This document shows, piece by piece, positions 25,847 through 38,759 of a DNA stretch of 64,000 bases (the stretch's first letter is position 1; every line of letters starts with the position of its first letter). Where the stretch lies: NCBI GenBank assembly GCA_030324005.1, contig JARDVH010000150.1:36919389-36983388 (forward strand). The letters run 5' to 3'. Origin of the DNA: Negaprion brevirostris. Lineage: Eukaryota. A program made the position numbers and the translations under genes. Under the pieces are notes generated by a model. The model was not told where the DNA came from. It made no database searches and was given only the letters and a program-made list of their open reading frames with translations.

Positions 25847-25939
25847 GGAAAATCCAACAGCAGATCATGAATCATGAAAAATGGATCTGTGCTAATATTG
25901 CTGTATGGGATTCCAATGTATAGATTAGTGTCTGCTTTG

Positions 25940-26785
25940 TCAGTTTTGGATCCATTGGGAACACTCTTGCTTCAGATTGTTGATTCAGGCCTCACCTCAA
26001 AGATAAGCATGTTTACTAGGTAGGCAGCGAAGGAGTGCTGCATTGTTGGAGGCACCACCTTTCAGGCAAGGATATTGCCAGGACTCGTGGGTCTGAATTA
26101 TAGAGAGCAGTTAGCCAGGCTCAGACTTTATTCCTTGGAATGTAGGAGAATGAGGAGTGGCCTTATTGAGGTGTATACAATCACAAGGGCCATAGATAGG
26201 AAGAACATAGTCTTCTTCCCAGAGAAGGGGAATTGAAAACTAGAGGACATAGGTTTAAGGTGAGAGGGGATTTATAAAACGGACCTAAGGGATAACTCCT
26301 TCATGCAGAGCATGGTGGGTATATGGAATGAGCTGCCAGGGAAAGTGGTTGAGGCAGGTTCAATACCAACATTGAAAAAGCATTTGGATAAGTACATGGA
26401 TAGGAAAGAATTAGAGGGGTATGGGCCAAACGCGGGCTTTTGGGACAAGCTGGGAGGGCACCATGATCAGCATGGATCATTTAGGCCAAAGGCCCTGTTT
26501 CCATGCTGCATTGCTCTGTGACTCCATGGCTTCCTGCTGGATTGGACATAAAAGAAACACTATGTGAAGAACAAAAAGGGAAATTCTGTGTGTCCTGGTC
26601 AATATTTATCCTTCAACCAACTTTACCAAAATAAAAGATAATCTGCTTTTTGCTGTTTGTGGGATCTTGCTATGCATAAACTGGTTGTCACTTACCTACA
26701 TAATAATGATGACATTTCAAAATATACTTCACTGGCTACGACACATGTTAGTCATTCTGAGGATGGGAAAAATGCTATTTACAGT
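25940..26785 (+). mobile_element. Deu-SINE split by a CR1 3' fragment (about 26075-26527, plus)
   Basis: The SINE 5' half 'ggagtgctgcattgttggaggcaccacctttcagg' resumes after the CR1 tail at 'ggacataaaaga...gtcctggtcaatatttatccttcaacc'. The CR1 encodes MQSMVGIWNELPGKVVEAGSI. Confidence 0.85.
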
Positions 26786-27144
26786 CATTGCCTCATGCAA
26801 AGAAAAAGTCATTTGGAAATATGCTTACAGGCTCAAAGAGCTAACACTGCAGTCATTGGAGCTGCCAATGTACAGTCGCTACTTCTGTGGAGGATAAGAA
26901 TGGACAGATACATGGGGCAAATCTACACAGGCTCCCTCAGCCACCCATTATCCTTTCATTTTTAGAAATATAGCCAAGCTGTTAGTGTCAAAATTACTTT
27001 ACATCTCAAATCCAGATTGTCCTTTTAACACTGGAGTTTGTCGCTTCAGAATATTCTGGAAACACTAATGCAGCAGAAATTCCCAGGATCTTTTATCTAA
27101 TCAGATGAACACGATATGTTGGGACAGGGGCAGGTTTTACTGTT

Positions 27145-27525
27145 TTTTTTTCTCATTTATGGGTGTGAGCGTCACTGACTAGGCCAGCATTTATTGCCCA
27201 TCCTTAAATTACCCTTGAACTGTGGTGGCTTGCTTGGTCATTTCAGAGGATTTTTAAGAGTCAGCCACATTGCTGCGGTATGGAGTACAGACCAGGTAAG
27301 GATGACACATTTCCTTCCCTAACAGGACTTTAGTAAACCAGATGGATCTTTTTTTCACAAATTACAATGGTTTCATAATCATCATTAGAGTTTTAATTCC
27401 AAATTTTTATTGAATTAAGTTTCACTATCTGCTAAGGTGGAATTTAAACCTGGGTTCCCAGAGCATCATCCTGAGTTTCTGGATTACTAGTCCAGTAACA
27501 ATACTACTATATCACTGCCTCCTCT
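27145..27525 (-). mobile_element. tRNA-derived SINE with a Zenon-like LINE tail (family C)
   Basis: Antisense of the copy at 34285: 'ggccagcatttattgcccatcc...agaccaggtaaggatg...atttccttcccta...cctgggttcccagagca...ctggattactagtccagt'. Confidence 0.85.
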
Positions 27526-27787
27526 TGTTCTCCTATGGCAGAGTTTATTGGAGGCTGGGAGGGCCATCCATTCAAAAGCTTAGTTTATGAGATTAATGTG
27601 CAAAACTAAGGCACGCAGTTCAAATGTTGACCATGGGTTCCAGCCAGGACGGCAGAGCAGAACGTGGTTCTCTAGATTACTCACCCAATGACAATTCCAC
27701 TATGCCACCATCAATTCTGTGTTTGAATATTGTTGTTAAAAATATTAAAGAAAGCACCTCGGGTTGATATGGCCACTTAGGATCGAT

Positions 27788-27980
27788 GAAAGACTTGCAT
27801 TTATGAAGCGCTTTTCATGACCTTGGAATGCTCTAAAGCATTTCATAGTCAGTGAAGCGCTTTTGAAGTACATCCACTGTAATGTGGAATACGCACACAG
27901 CAAGATCCCAAAAAACAGCAATGGGATAAATGGTTAGATAATTTGTTCACTAATGTTGGTTGAGGAAGAAATAGTCGGGA
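27788..27980 (-). mobile_element. Deu-SINE 3' part
   Basis: 'gaaagacttgcatttatgaagcgcttttcatgacc...cacacagcaagatcccaaaaaacagcaatg'. Confidence 0.85.
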
Positions 27981-29289
27981 GATCCTAGGGTTGTGAAAGA
28001 CACTATGTTAATGCACAGCTTCCTTTTCTGTGAATGAGTATTTAGATTTCCCCCACCCACCATCCCAACAAACTTCATAAACTAATCATGAGTATTGAGC
28101 CAGGTTTAATTGAGGCCATTGCATCAGCCAAAGCAATGTACCCACCCTCTCTGTACTAACATTGCAAAGTAATGTGCAAAACATCCCCATGACAACACAG
28201 CCCCTTTCAAGAATATAAATTTCCATTTGAATGCTGCGCCTTAAGGGAATTAAAGGGGTGGTGTCCAAATACAGGAGTGTGTTCGGGCAAGCTCCAGTCC
28301 CGCAACTGCCAACTGTGAGAACCATGCAGCTGCACTGTGTGCTGGGCCATGTGCCACTACAAACTACTGTGCCCCTGCTGCAATGTCAACTTTGCAAACG
28401 TACATATTAAATAATGAGGAAAGTTCATTCCAAACATCAGACACAACACTACACACTGATTCTGGAATGGAGACGTACAGCAGAGATTGAGATCATTCAG
28501 CACCTGCGTTGAGTCGGCAAGAGAGGTACAAATTGGTCTCACTCTCCTGCTTGTCATTACTTTTTCTCTTTTAGAAATCCAATTCTATTTTGCAAGTTAA
28601 TATTGAATCCACTTCTACCAGCCTATCAGGCAGTGCATTCTGGATCACAAAAAACCTGCTACATTAGAAAAAAAATCCATCTTCTTGCAGGGTAATGGGG
28701 AGAAAAAAGTCTCTCTCTTCTGGGTACTGGCTCTCCTGCAGTGGAAACACAGTTGGAATGATTTACTCTATCAAACCGATGATGATTTTGAACACCACTA
28801 TGCAGTAGATCTCCCTTGCCCTTCACTGCTTTAAGTAACCCCACCTTCTCTCATCTCTCCACGTAATTAGCCAGAATAAAAAATGGATACAGGAAGACTC
28901 AGCAAAACCATGCTACAGCTGTAGGTAAACCAAAGATTTCCTGTTGCCCAGACATACTCTGGCTCACCGAGTGATGGGAAGTCAATCGCGTTTGAATGTC
29001 AGCAGGAAGATGGAAAGTCACCAACCCGAAATGCTAGCTCGGTTTCTGTCCCCGCAGCTGCTTCCTGACCAACTTGCTGAGTGTTTCCAGTATTTTATTA
29101 AAGGCTCAGTTTGATCAAGTCATTACATTAGTTTTTTTTTTCAATGTAAAAGCCATGAGCCAATGAAATGCGTATATAAAAATGAGATCTCAGTTAAACT
29201 ACTCTGTGTCTCACTGCCTCCACACTATTAACATTGAGGTTTTCTGAAGGATACAATATAGATTCACAAAAATGCTACCTGGTATGAGG

Positions 29290-29620
29290 AAATACGAATA
29301 GAGCAGACTGGAAAAAGTGACTCCTTTCCCCATTTAAACAATGCTGATAAAGGGCAAAGTGATCAAAGTTTAAAATTGTGGAAGAATGAAGGATAGGATA
29401 CCAGTGGATTGACAGATCATTTCTGGTAGTTAGGCGTTCTGGAACAGGTGGGCAAAAGGATAGAAAACTAAATGCAAGATATTTAGAACAAGAGAAAGAA
29501 ACTTTGTTACACAAAGTTGCAAGGCTGTAGAATTCACTTGCAGGATCAGCGGCTGAGACAGAAATCAAGCACTCTGGACAGTACATATTGATAGGGCTGA
29601 ATGGCCTGACTGCATGTTGT
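29290..29620 (+). mobile_element. Old CR1 3' fragment
   Basis: 'aaagaaactttgttacacaaagttgcaaggctgtagaattcact...gatagggctgaatggcctgac'. Confidence 0.6.
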
Positions 29621-30539
29621 AACTTACTAATGGCAAGGGTGGAGTACATGAAGTGTGTGCTAGATATCAGCAACTGCTTGCATTTACACCTGGCATCTCT
29701 AATGGAACAAAAAAAATGTCAAATTGCTAGGACAGGGTGACCAAAAGCTCAAAGAGGTCGATTTTAAGCCAAATATTAAAAACTGTGGATGGAAAGAGAT
29801 ATTTGCAGTAACCTCTTAATTCCCTTTAGCGTGGAAATAAATCTCCACACAGACTGGCCAATCGATGGGCAAAGATATTACCCATTATATATTAATTTTT
29901 TTTAAAAAAAACAAGATTTTCCAATGATTGACCACGGTGAATTTGCTAATTTTAGTATTGGTTTATTGCTGCCCTCCTAGCCCACAAAACCCACGATAAA
30001 AGTTACAAACATTTCTCAGCCACGGGCCTTGTTTCGGCGTAGATTCTGGCATCTCCCACTGTTTACAGTGCAAAAGCTGACTTCTTCAAAGTGACAAGAC
30101 CTGCAGATCCGGTTTGTCATGGATCAGTGATTCTGCCCCACTGGGATAAGGAAGACAAATTTAATTTCAATCCAGGGACACAGAGCTTACCTACCAGAAT
30201 CTTCAACAGCAAAATAATTGTAGACTTTACTGCTTCAGTATCATGAAGAAACACTAACAATGCACGTGGTAAGAGAGTCGCTTTGCAGGATCAAAGCGTT
30301 GATGATCATGTTATTCTCTTGGAATTCCGTTTTTACCTCAGGGATGTTACAGTCTTTGCCTGCTTAATAATGAATTTTTTGTCTCCACAGGCATCTAAGT
30401 NNNNNNNNNNNNNNNNNNNNNNNNNNNNNNNNNNNNNNNNNNNNNNNNNNNNNNNNNNNNNNNNNNNNNNNNNNNNNNNNNNNNNNNNNNNNNNNNNNNN
30501 TTGGACCTCCCTGATCCTCGCACATTAGGCGTAGACTAA

Positions 30540-30640
30540 AATCATGAATAGGTCACTGAGACAATGGGACGGCGGCATGGGCTCGTTGGGCCGAAGGGCC
30601 TGTTTCCCGTGCTGTGTTGTTCTTTGTTCTTTGTTCTTGC
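30540..30640 (+). mobile_element. CR1/HER1 3' tail after a gap
   Basis: 'cggcatgggctcgttgggccgaagggcctgtttcccgtgctgtgttgttctttgttctttgttct'. Confidence 0.8.
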
Positions 30641-30709
30641 CCTCTGATTACTCTTATTAATCCATGCAATTCACAAGAAGAACCACTTCTAGGCCAGAAC
30701 TAGAATACG

Positions 30710-31192
30710 GGAATTTATTGTCACAAGTCAGCTTACATTACCACCGCAACGACGTTACTGTGAAAATTCCCTAGTTGTCATGCTCTGGCACCTGTTCAGG
30801 TTTGATTTGATTTGATTTGTCACATGTATTAGTATACAGTGAAAAGTATTGTTTCTTGCAAGCTATATAAAGCATAGTGTTCATAGAGAAGGAAACAAGA
30901 GAGTACAGATGTAGTGTTACCATCATAGTTGTGGTGTAGAGAAAGATCAATTTAATGTGAGGTAGGTCCATTTAAAAGTCTGATGGCAGCAGGGAAGAAA
31001 GCATTCTCAAGGTGAGGTTGGTACGTGACAGGTATACGGAGGGAGAATTTAGCATGGCCAATCACATCTTTCAGACTGTGGGAGGAAACCTATATAGAAA
31101 CCGGAAGAACGTGCAGACTCTGCACAGTGAATGAGCCCAAGTCCCTGGCACCGTGAGGCAGCAGTAATAATTACTATGCCACTGTGCCACCT
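30710..31192 (-). mobile_element. V-SINE (alternative tail, family B) interrupted by a Rex1 3' end (about 30802-31028, minus)
   Basis: SINE tail 'tttattgtcacaagtcagcttacatta...gttactgtgaaaattccctag'. The insert begins (TTTGA)n and matches the antisense of the 25370-25590 Rex1 end. Possible CAGGT target duplication at 30797-30801 and 31029-31033. Confidence 0.85.
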
Positions 31193-31367
31193 AGCTTTTC
31201 CAGAGTCTCTGAAAATCATTTAAAGTTTGGGCAATGAGAACTCCCTAAGCATTTTATGCCTCTGCCTCCAACAGAATGCCATGTATTTATCAATTTCCCA
31301 AAGCCACACCATTGACATTGTGCATTATGGAAGGTAGAAAGAAGAGAGGTCATCTAAACGATTAAAA

Positions 31368-31762
31368 AAACTTGCATTTCACAACCTCAGTGTCCCAATG
31401 CACTTTCCAGTCAACAAAGCACTTTTGAAGCATGATCACCGTTGTAATATAGGAAACAGGAGTCACTTAGCATGCAGCGTGACTAGAAAAGCAAAAGAGT
31501 GATAATTGACACAGATAACCAGTTTGGGTCATGTTGACTGAGGAATAAATATCAGCTGGTGCTCAAGGAAGAACTTCCCCTTGATCTTTCACACATTTAT
31601 CCAATAGGGCAGAAGTTTAATGTCTCAGCAGAAAGACATGAGCTCTGACGGTGCAGTGTTCCTTCAGGACTAGTTTCCATTTGGTGTTCAAATCTCTGAC
31701 AAAGGTTGGAGCCCATAACCTTGTGACTTAAGGGCTGAGAATGTGGTTATCGAGCCACAGCT
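31368..31762 (-). mobile_element. Deu-SINE, near full length
   Basis: From tail 'aacttgcattt' through 'gaataaatatcagc' to head 'aatgtggttatcgagccacagctga'. Confidence 0.8.
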
Positions 31763-31794
31763 GAGAAGGGGGTGTGGAGTAGAGTCCTAGGGGG

Positions 31795-32280
31795 TGTAGG
31801 TACACAGATCTGTCAAAGTGGCAGCACCAGTTGAGAAGGCCGATTAAAATAAAGAGCATATGGGAATCTTGGCATTGATAGAGGAATTGAATACAAAAGT
31901 AAATGTGACATGCTAAATCTTCATGAATCTCTGCTAAGGCCTCAGCTGGAGCATTATGTGCAATTCTGGGCACCAACCTTCAAAGAATATCAAAACCTTG
32001 GAGAGGGTGCAGAAGGAATTTGCCAGAATGATACTAAAGATGATGGATTCAGTTACTGGAGAAATTGTTTTCCTTGGAGCAGAAGTGATTATGGGGAAAT
32101 TTAATAAAAGGTGCTCAAAATTGAGGAGTTTTGATGGAGAAAAAGGAAAGAAAATCTGTTTAATGCAGGTAGCAGTTTTGGTAACCAGAGGAGTGAGTTC
32201 TTTTTTCAGCGTTATGATGAGCCAGCATGATGGGCTGAATGGCCCCTTTCTGTGCTGTGAGGTTCAGTGATTCTAGATTA
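31795..32280 (+). mobile_element. CR1 3' fragment
   Basis: LLRPQLEHYVQFWAPTFK / TLERVQKEFARMI, ending in tail 'gatgggctgaatggcccctttctgtgctgtg'. Confidence 0.85.
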
Positions 32281-32925
32281 AAAGAAAGAAAAAACAAACT
32301 TGCATTCCNNNNNNNNNATAAAGGTGGTTTGTGTTGCACTGGGCACTACTTTCTTCATGACATGGTACAAGTTGTTTTTGTGTGTGTTCATTCCTCAGAT
32401 CTTTTTCTATATTTTAAAAGGCACTATAAAAATGCAAGTTGTAGGGGTTGTCAAATGGTGAAGACTTTGAGATTAAATTCAGTTCCTAAATAAAAGATCT
32501 GGCAACAATGTTGTCAAAGGCTCCAACCATATCTGCAGACAACTGGAAACCTTGTATTATCGGAAATTAGAAATCAGAAAATACCAGACAACCCAAATTT
32601 AAGAAAAACAAACTATTTCATGGTCTGGACTCTGCCACACTGGCCATTTCATCCATCAACGTTTGGCTATCAGAAACTCAAGGGCAGGTTGTGTCATGGA
32701 CAGCAACTTTATATTCCTGAACAAATGCTACATTTTGCATCAATGTGACCGGAATCAGGAAACAAGATTACACAAGTTCATCCAGTGATCCGCTACAGTT
32801 CAACTTTTAAAGGGGCATTTAACACCCATTGAACTGACCCCTCATGAAAACCTATCCACCACAGAAGGAAACTAGCCTAATATAGTGCACAGATAAATGC
32901 ATGAATAAATTAATCCATAATAAAT

Positions 32926-33155
32926 GTCAGCCATAACTCAGTTGAAGCACTCTTGCCTTAGAGTCAGAAGACTATGGGGTTCAGTTCCCTCTCCTGAACT
33001 TGATCGCAATTTTAAGCTGGAACTTCAGTGTAGTACTTGAGGAGAAAGAGAGGTCCCATCTTCCCTCTCAAGTGGGTATAAAGGATCCAGTATCAATATT
33101 TTGAACAGCAGGAGAGTTACCAATAGTGCCCTGGCCAATATTTATTCCTCAATAT
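32926..33155 (+). mobile_element. Deu-SINE 5' two-thirds
   Basis: 'gtcagccataactcagttgaagcactcttgccttagagtcagaag...gtgccctggccaatatttattcctcaa'. Confidence 0.85.
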
Positions 33156-33182
33156 CACACACACACAAAAATTAGATCGCTG

Positions 33183-33344
33183 AGAACATAAGAAATAGGA
33201 GTAGGAGTAGGCTATCTAGCTCTTTGAGCCTGCCCCGCCATTCAATAAGATCATGGCTGATCTGTCATGTCTCAGTTCCACCTTCCCGCCCTCTCCCCAT
33301 AACCCTTAATCCCCTTGCCTATCAAAAACCTATCAACCCGCGTC
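33183..33344 (-). mobile_element. Young CR1 3' tail running into a gap
   Basis: 'agaacataagaaataggagtaggagtaggc...gagcctgccccgccattcaataagatcatggctgatct'. Confidence 0.9.
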
Positions 33345-34284
33345 NNNNNNNNNNNNNNNNNNNNNNNNNNNNNNNNNNNNNNNNNNNNNNNNNNNNNNNN
33401 NNNNNNNNNNNNNNNNNNNNNNNNNNNNNNNNNNNNNNNNNNNNNNNNNNNNNNNNNNNNNNNNNNNNNNNNAAGTTTGAGCGAAGAGATTTTATTCAAA
33501 AATCCTCATAAAAAGAAACAAATGTTTACAGAGGGAATTCCAAACCTATTAGAGCCCAGATTCTAATGCCCAGCTGATAGTACTGGGTTAGGGATGGAGG
33601 GGGGGAAAATGGGGATGCACAAAAGATCAGAATTGTGGGAACAGAGTTTCTGGAGAGTTGCCAGTGGTTACAGGAGCAGACAGAGTGAGAGAGAGAGAGA
33701 ATGATCAGGAAGTCATTCAAACCTCATCGATGAAGCACTCAATTCTAGTTGTACAAAATACAAAAAAAAATTGATGTGAAACAGCAGGGCAATGAACATG
33801 GAGGCAAAGGTTTTCTTGACAATCACTAGCTGGGGTTGCTCAGCCCCAGCCAAAACCAGGTTCACATGAGCATCTATACACTGCTGGAGTCAGAGAATGG
33901 CCACAGGTGAGACTCTGGAGGAAGATGGGTGTCGAATTATACTAGTGCACAAAACCAACTTTTGAACCACAGAAACTTGCACTACAGAAAGAAGCCATTC
34001 AGTCCATTGGACCTATGCTATCTCCTTGAAAGGGTGATGCAATTAGTCCCACCTCCCATGACTCCCATTCTTTTTACTCCTTTTCAAGAATTTATCCAAT
34101 TCCTTTTGAAAGTTACTATTGAGTTTGCTTCCACCCATACTTTCAGGAAGTGCATTCCAGATCAGAAAACTAATAACATTAAAAAGGATCTAATCTATTG
34201 TGATTCTTCTGTGAACTGCATTAAATCTGGGTCCTACGATTATCAACCCTTCTGTCAACGGAAACAGTTTGCCTTTACTTTCAG

Positions 34285-34638
34285 GGAAGGTAATGGCCTA
34301 CTTTATTATCACTAGACTATTAATCCAGAAACTCAGCTAATGCTCTGGAGATATGGGTTTGAGTCCCATCACAGCAGATGGTGGAATTTGAATTCAATAA
34401 TAAAAATCTGGAATTAAGAATCTACTGATGGTCATGAAACCACTGTCAACTGTCAGAAAAACCCATCCGGTTCATGAATGTCCCTTTAGGGAGAGAAATT
34501 TGCCACCCTTACCAGGTCTGGCCTACACGTGACTCCAGAGCCACAGCAATGTGGTCGACTCTCACCTGCGCTCAGGTAACTAGGGATGGGCAATAAATGC
34601 CAGCCAGTGATGCCCATGTACCACAAATGGATAAAAAT
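34285..34638 (+). mobile_element. tRNA-derived SINE with a Zenon-like LINE tail (family C), inserted in an old CR1 remnant (about 33965-34745)
   Basis: B-box-like 'gggtttgagtccc', body 'gcagatggtggaatttgaattcaat...ggtctggcctacacgtgactccag', and tail 'ctagggatgggcaataaatgcc...gcccatgt'. Confidence 0.85.
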
Positions 34639-35889
34639 CCAAATTCCTCAATTTTGAGCATGATTTTTAAATCTTACCATAATTGTCTCTGCTCCAATAA
34701 GAACACATGAACTACAGTAGTCTTTCCATTTAACTACAGTCCTGTGATGCAGTTCTGTCCCTGAGCCAGAAGTGCCAGGTTCAAGTCCCACTCCAAGACC
34801 AGGTGGACATGGAAAGTTTGCTCACAGTGTGGCCAACCAGTATATCCACCTGTAAAGCCTGACAACACACCTTTGGCAGACAACTAAGGGCAGAAGAGTG
34901 TCCTCAATTCCTTCATTCCTTGCACAGCTCCTGTAACTGTCTTCTGCTCCCCCTCCAAGGCTTTCCTAAAATATTGTACTAAATCTGCAAATAGCACCAA
35001 CCACTGATACAAACTCAGCTTGAGTAAAGATTTAAATTTCCTTGCTTTCAATTAAAAATTTATAGTATGCAAGATAAAAAAAAAATGCAACAAACAAATG
35101 TTATGCTGAGTTAGAATAGTGGAAGATTGAAAGTGTAGAGCACAGTCAGGAGCTCAGAAAAGCTACGAAACAATGCAGCATTTTTCAGCTGAAGCTCCCT
35201 GCTGGAAAATTACCCTGATGAAAAGTTACAAGAACAGTTAGAAATTTTCACATTACGAAATTGTAATTAAGCTAAAGGAGGGTGGATGGTTTCAGTTTCA
35301 ATGAATGAACTGCCACTCCTCCAGTCTGAGTCAGCTACTTTCTATTGTCCGTTGCCAGTCTAATCTCATTATTAATCAAGGTGCTGCTTTCCTGGTTTGT
35401 TTTCCATTCCAGGGCAGTCATGAGGAGATTGAGGCCCACAGATTGAACTAGTGTAACTCAAGACTTGGTTCCACAGTCCTTAATCAAGGGGATTTATCCC
35501 ACCTTCCTTCACACTCAATTCCAATCCATTGCCCTATCATTTTACTAGGCCTTTCAGAAGAGATTTAAATGGGAGTCTTCTGTACTCAGACAATATAAAA
35601 AGGCTCCATAGCATCTATTTGAGGAGTAGGGAAGTGTCTTGGACAACATGTATCTGTCTGCCATCTTCAAAAATGATATTTGATCATTTATACCTCTCTG
35701 TTATTTACGGGATCTTGATGCATACAACTTGGCTGGTGTTTTAGAAAGACTCACATTTGTAAGTTTTCCTTCTTAAGGATCCTTTGTGATCAAGGATGAC
35801 TTACTTCCGCTCTGGCTTGATGGGTTCCGAGATAGCTGATAAGTTCAATGTGCAGATTCTGCCACAAGCTTGGGAGGTGCACTTAAGGA

Positions 35890-37238
35890 TAAACATAACT
35901 AGGAGCAGGAGTAGGGCATCTGGCCCCTCAAGCCTGCTCTGCCATTCAATAAGGTCACGGCTGATCTTTTCGTGGACTCAGCTCCACTTATCTGCCTGCT
36001 CACCGTAGCCCATAATTCCCTTACTGTTCAAAAATCTATCTATCCTCGCCTTGAAAACATTCAGTGAGGTAGCCTCAACTGCTTCACTGGACAGGGAATT
36101 CCCTGATTCACAACTCTTTGGGTGAAGAAGTTCCTCCTCAACTTAGTCCTAAATTTGCTCCCCCTTATTTTGAGGCCATGTCCCCTACTCCTAGTTTCAC
36201 CCGCCAGTGGAAAAAACCTCCCTGCTTCTATCTTATCTATTCCCTTCATAATCTTATATACTTCAATAAGATCTCCCCTCGTTCTTCTGAATTCCAATGC
36301 GTACAGCCCCAGTCTACTCAGTTTTTTCCTCATAAGCCAACCCTCAACTCTGGAATCAACCTAATGAATCTCCTCTGCATCTTCTCCAGTGCCAATATGT
36401 CCTTTTTCAAGCAAGGAGACCAAAACTGTACCCAGTACTCAAGGTGTGGCCTCACCAGCACCTTATTCAGCTGCAACATAACCTCCCTCCAGCAATGAAG
36501 GACAAAATTCCATTTGCCTTCTTAATTACCTGCTGCACCTGCAAACCAACTCCTTGTGATTCACGTATAAGGACAGCCAGGTCCCTCTGCACAGTAGCAT
36601 GCTGAAATTTTTTACCATTTAAATAATAGTCCATTTTGCCGTTACTCGTACCAAATTGGATGACCTCACGTTTATCAACATTGTATGCCATCTGCCGGAT
36701 CCTTGCCCACTCAGACTACCTATATCCCTCTCCAGACTTCCAGTATCCTCTGCACACTTTTTGCTTTGCCACTCATCTTAGTGTCATTTGCGAATTTTGA
36801 CACACTACACTTGGTCCCCAACTCCAAATTAACTCTGTAAATTGTAAACAACTGCGGTCCCACTAGTCACTGATTGCCAACCAGAAAAAACACCCATTTA
36901 CCCCCAATCTCTGCTTTCTGTTAGTTAACCAATCCTCTATGCATGCTAACAGTTATCCATAACACTCATAACACTTTATCTTATGCAGCAGCCTTTGGTG
37001 TAGCACGTTGTCAAATGCCTTCTGGAAATCCAGATACACCACCATATCCACAGGTTCCCCATTTTCCACTGTGCATATAAAAAGGTTCTCAAAGAATTCC
37101 ACCAAATTAGTCAAACATGACCTGCTCTTCATGAACCCATGCTGCACCTTTCCAATGGGACAATTTATATCCAGATGTCTCGCTATTTCTTCCTTGATGA
37201 TAGATTCAAGTATTTTCCCCTATTACAGAAGTTAAACT
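35890..37238 (-). mobile_element. CR1/HER1 LINE 1.35 kb, nested in the RTE
   Basis: QHGFMKSRSCLTNLVEFFE...VYLDFQKAFD...[17 protein letters not shown]...RRNFFTQRVVN, with the tail at about 35892. Confidence 0.95.
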
Positions 37239-37269
37239 AAGTTTAGTTTGTGCGCTCCCTCAGTCATCT

Positions 37270-37386
37270 TGGGGCCAATTTTCCTGTTTTCCACAGGAAT
37301 CACTGTGGGTGAGAGATGAATCATGGAACGGTCTGTTGAACTTGGGTGGGATTTTCCAGTTTCGGGGTGAGCACAATCCCGACACA
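37270..37386. mobile_element. Short MITE-like element, second copy at about 60640-60780
   Basis: Both copies share 'aattttcc...caggaat...aaggt/cggtc.gttgaac...ggg.gg.a.tttccagt'. This copy interrupts the RTE reading frame. Confidence 0.55.
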
Positions 37387-38759
37387 GTCCTTTAATGCCG
37401 TCGGTGCCTTCCTGAATATACATCTTCCATTTTGGTCAGTCACAGACCAGNNNNNNNNNNNNNNNNNNNNNNNNNNNNNNNNNNNNNNNNNNNNNNNNNN
37501 NNNNNNNNNNNNNNNNNNNNNNNNNNNNNNNNNNNNNNNNNNNNNNNNNNCATCTTCCATTTTGGTCAGTCACAGACCAGGGACTCCCATTCACTGTTAC
37601 GGATGGTTTACCACTTCTGGGGTGCTTTGAGGTCAACCCTAATTCCAGCTGCCGCTTTGTTCTGGATATAGCAGTTCCTTCGAGAGTCTGCTGTCCAACA
37701 AACAAAAGATATGCTCTTCCCAGCAAAACTGGTTTTGAGTGATCAGCGCCTCAATACTGGACATGTTAGCTTGGGGGAGGACACTGCTCTTGACTACTTT
37801 TCTTGCCACTGAATTTAGAGGATCTTGTAAAGGCGTCACTGGTGGTACTTCTCCAGTGCTTTGAGGTGCCTGCTGCAGGTTGTCCAATTCTCCGAAGCAT
37901 ATAGGGACATACACTGCTGCCCAATAAACCAGCATGTTTGGTCTCAGGCTTGAGATCCTGCTCCTTAATTACTCTTCTCCTCAGTCAGCTGAAGACTGGG
38001 TTGGTATACTGGAGGCTACGATGAATTTTATTGATCAATGCTGTCCTTGCATAGGCATTGTAAATTGCCCTTTGACTTTACAAAAGCCCTAGACTGCCAA
38101 AGCTTATGGCATATCTTCCTTAAATTTGACAATTCTTTTAAATTTATCATTCTACTCCACGGTGACATCCAAACACTGCTTCTCAGCAACAGGCCCCATC
38201 TCAGTGAGGATGTGGCACTAACTCTCTTCTCCAACTTATTCATTGCAATACTGCATTTTACGTCCACTGTCATACCCACAATCATGAAAGATAATTTACT
38301 GAAGAAATGGGAAACTGTTCGATCTACGTCACCTTCAGACCAAAACCAAAATCACTCCAGCCTCAGTCATAGAGCTCAATTATGCAGATGGCATTGTGTG
38401 CACTTTCATTCAGAAATTGAGGCTCCAGGTCAGTCACTCCTTCTCAGGAGTACAGGAGAAAATGGGCCTTTCACTAAACACCCAGGCAACTAAGGTCCTT
38501 TTCTAACCAGTATCCACACCACAACATCTCCTCCCAATGTGCAAGAACAACAGCAGGATCCTGGAAAATATGACATCTCTTGCGACCCTCCACTTGACGT
38601 TTATAAGGCACTTCTCATCATTTCAGGGTGTCCCAGGGGCTTCATAATCAATATGTTATTAAAGCACGGTCACTACTTTAAAAAGTGAAAGTAATTTCTT
38701 GAATGTGAAGTACTTTGGAAAGAAAGATGGGAGAATTGTACAAGGTTCAGCACCTTCTG

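Larger units (their letters stand above)
35775..38570 (-). mobile_element. RTE-clade (BovB-like) LINE with an inverted 5' segment, hosting nested CR1 and MITE insertions
   Basis: Minus strand: RHLKALEKYHQ...ANMSSIEALITQNQ, KELLY, EWESLVCDxPKWKMYIQEGT, with a C-terminal CGRIC...SYLGTH-like knuckle at about 35820-35870. Plus strand 38050-38570: FDFTKALD...LWHIFLKF...ELNYAD. Confidence 0.85.

Noticed and set aside
25708-25923. ORF with a poly-Arg run
   Set aside because: It is produced by a (GGA)n microsatellite next to SINE remnants.
37421-37580. 30-bp direct repeat resembling a CRISPR repeat or LTR end
   Set aside because: Only two copies flank a 100-N gap inside an RTE, which is best explained as a contig overlap.
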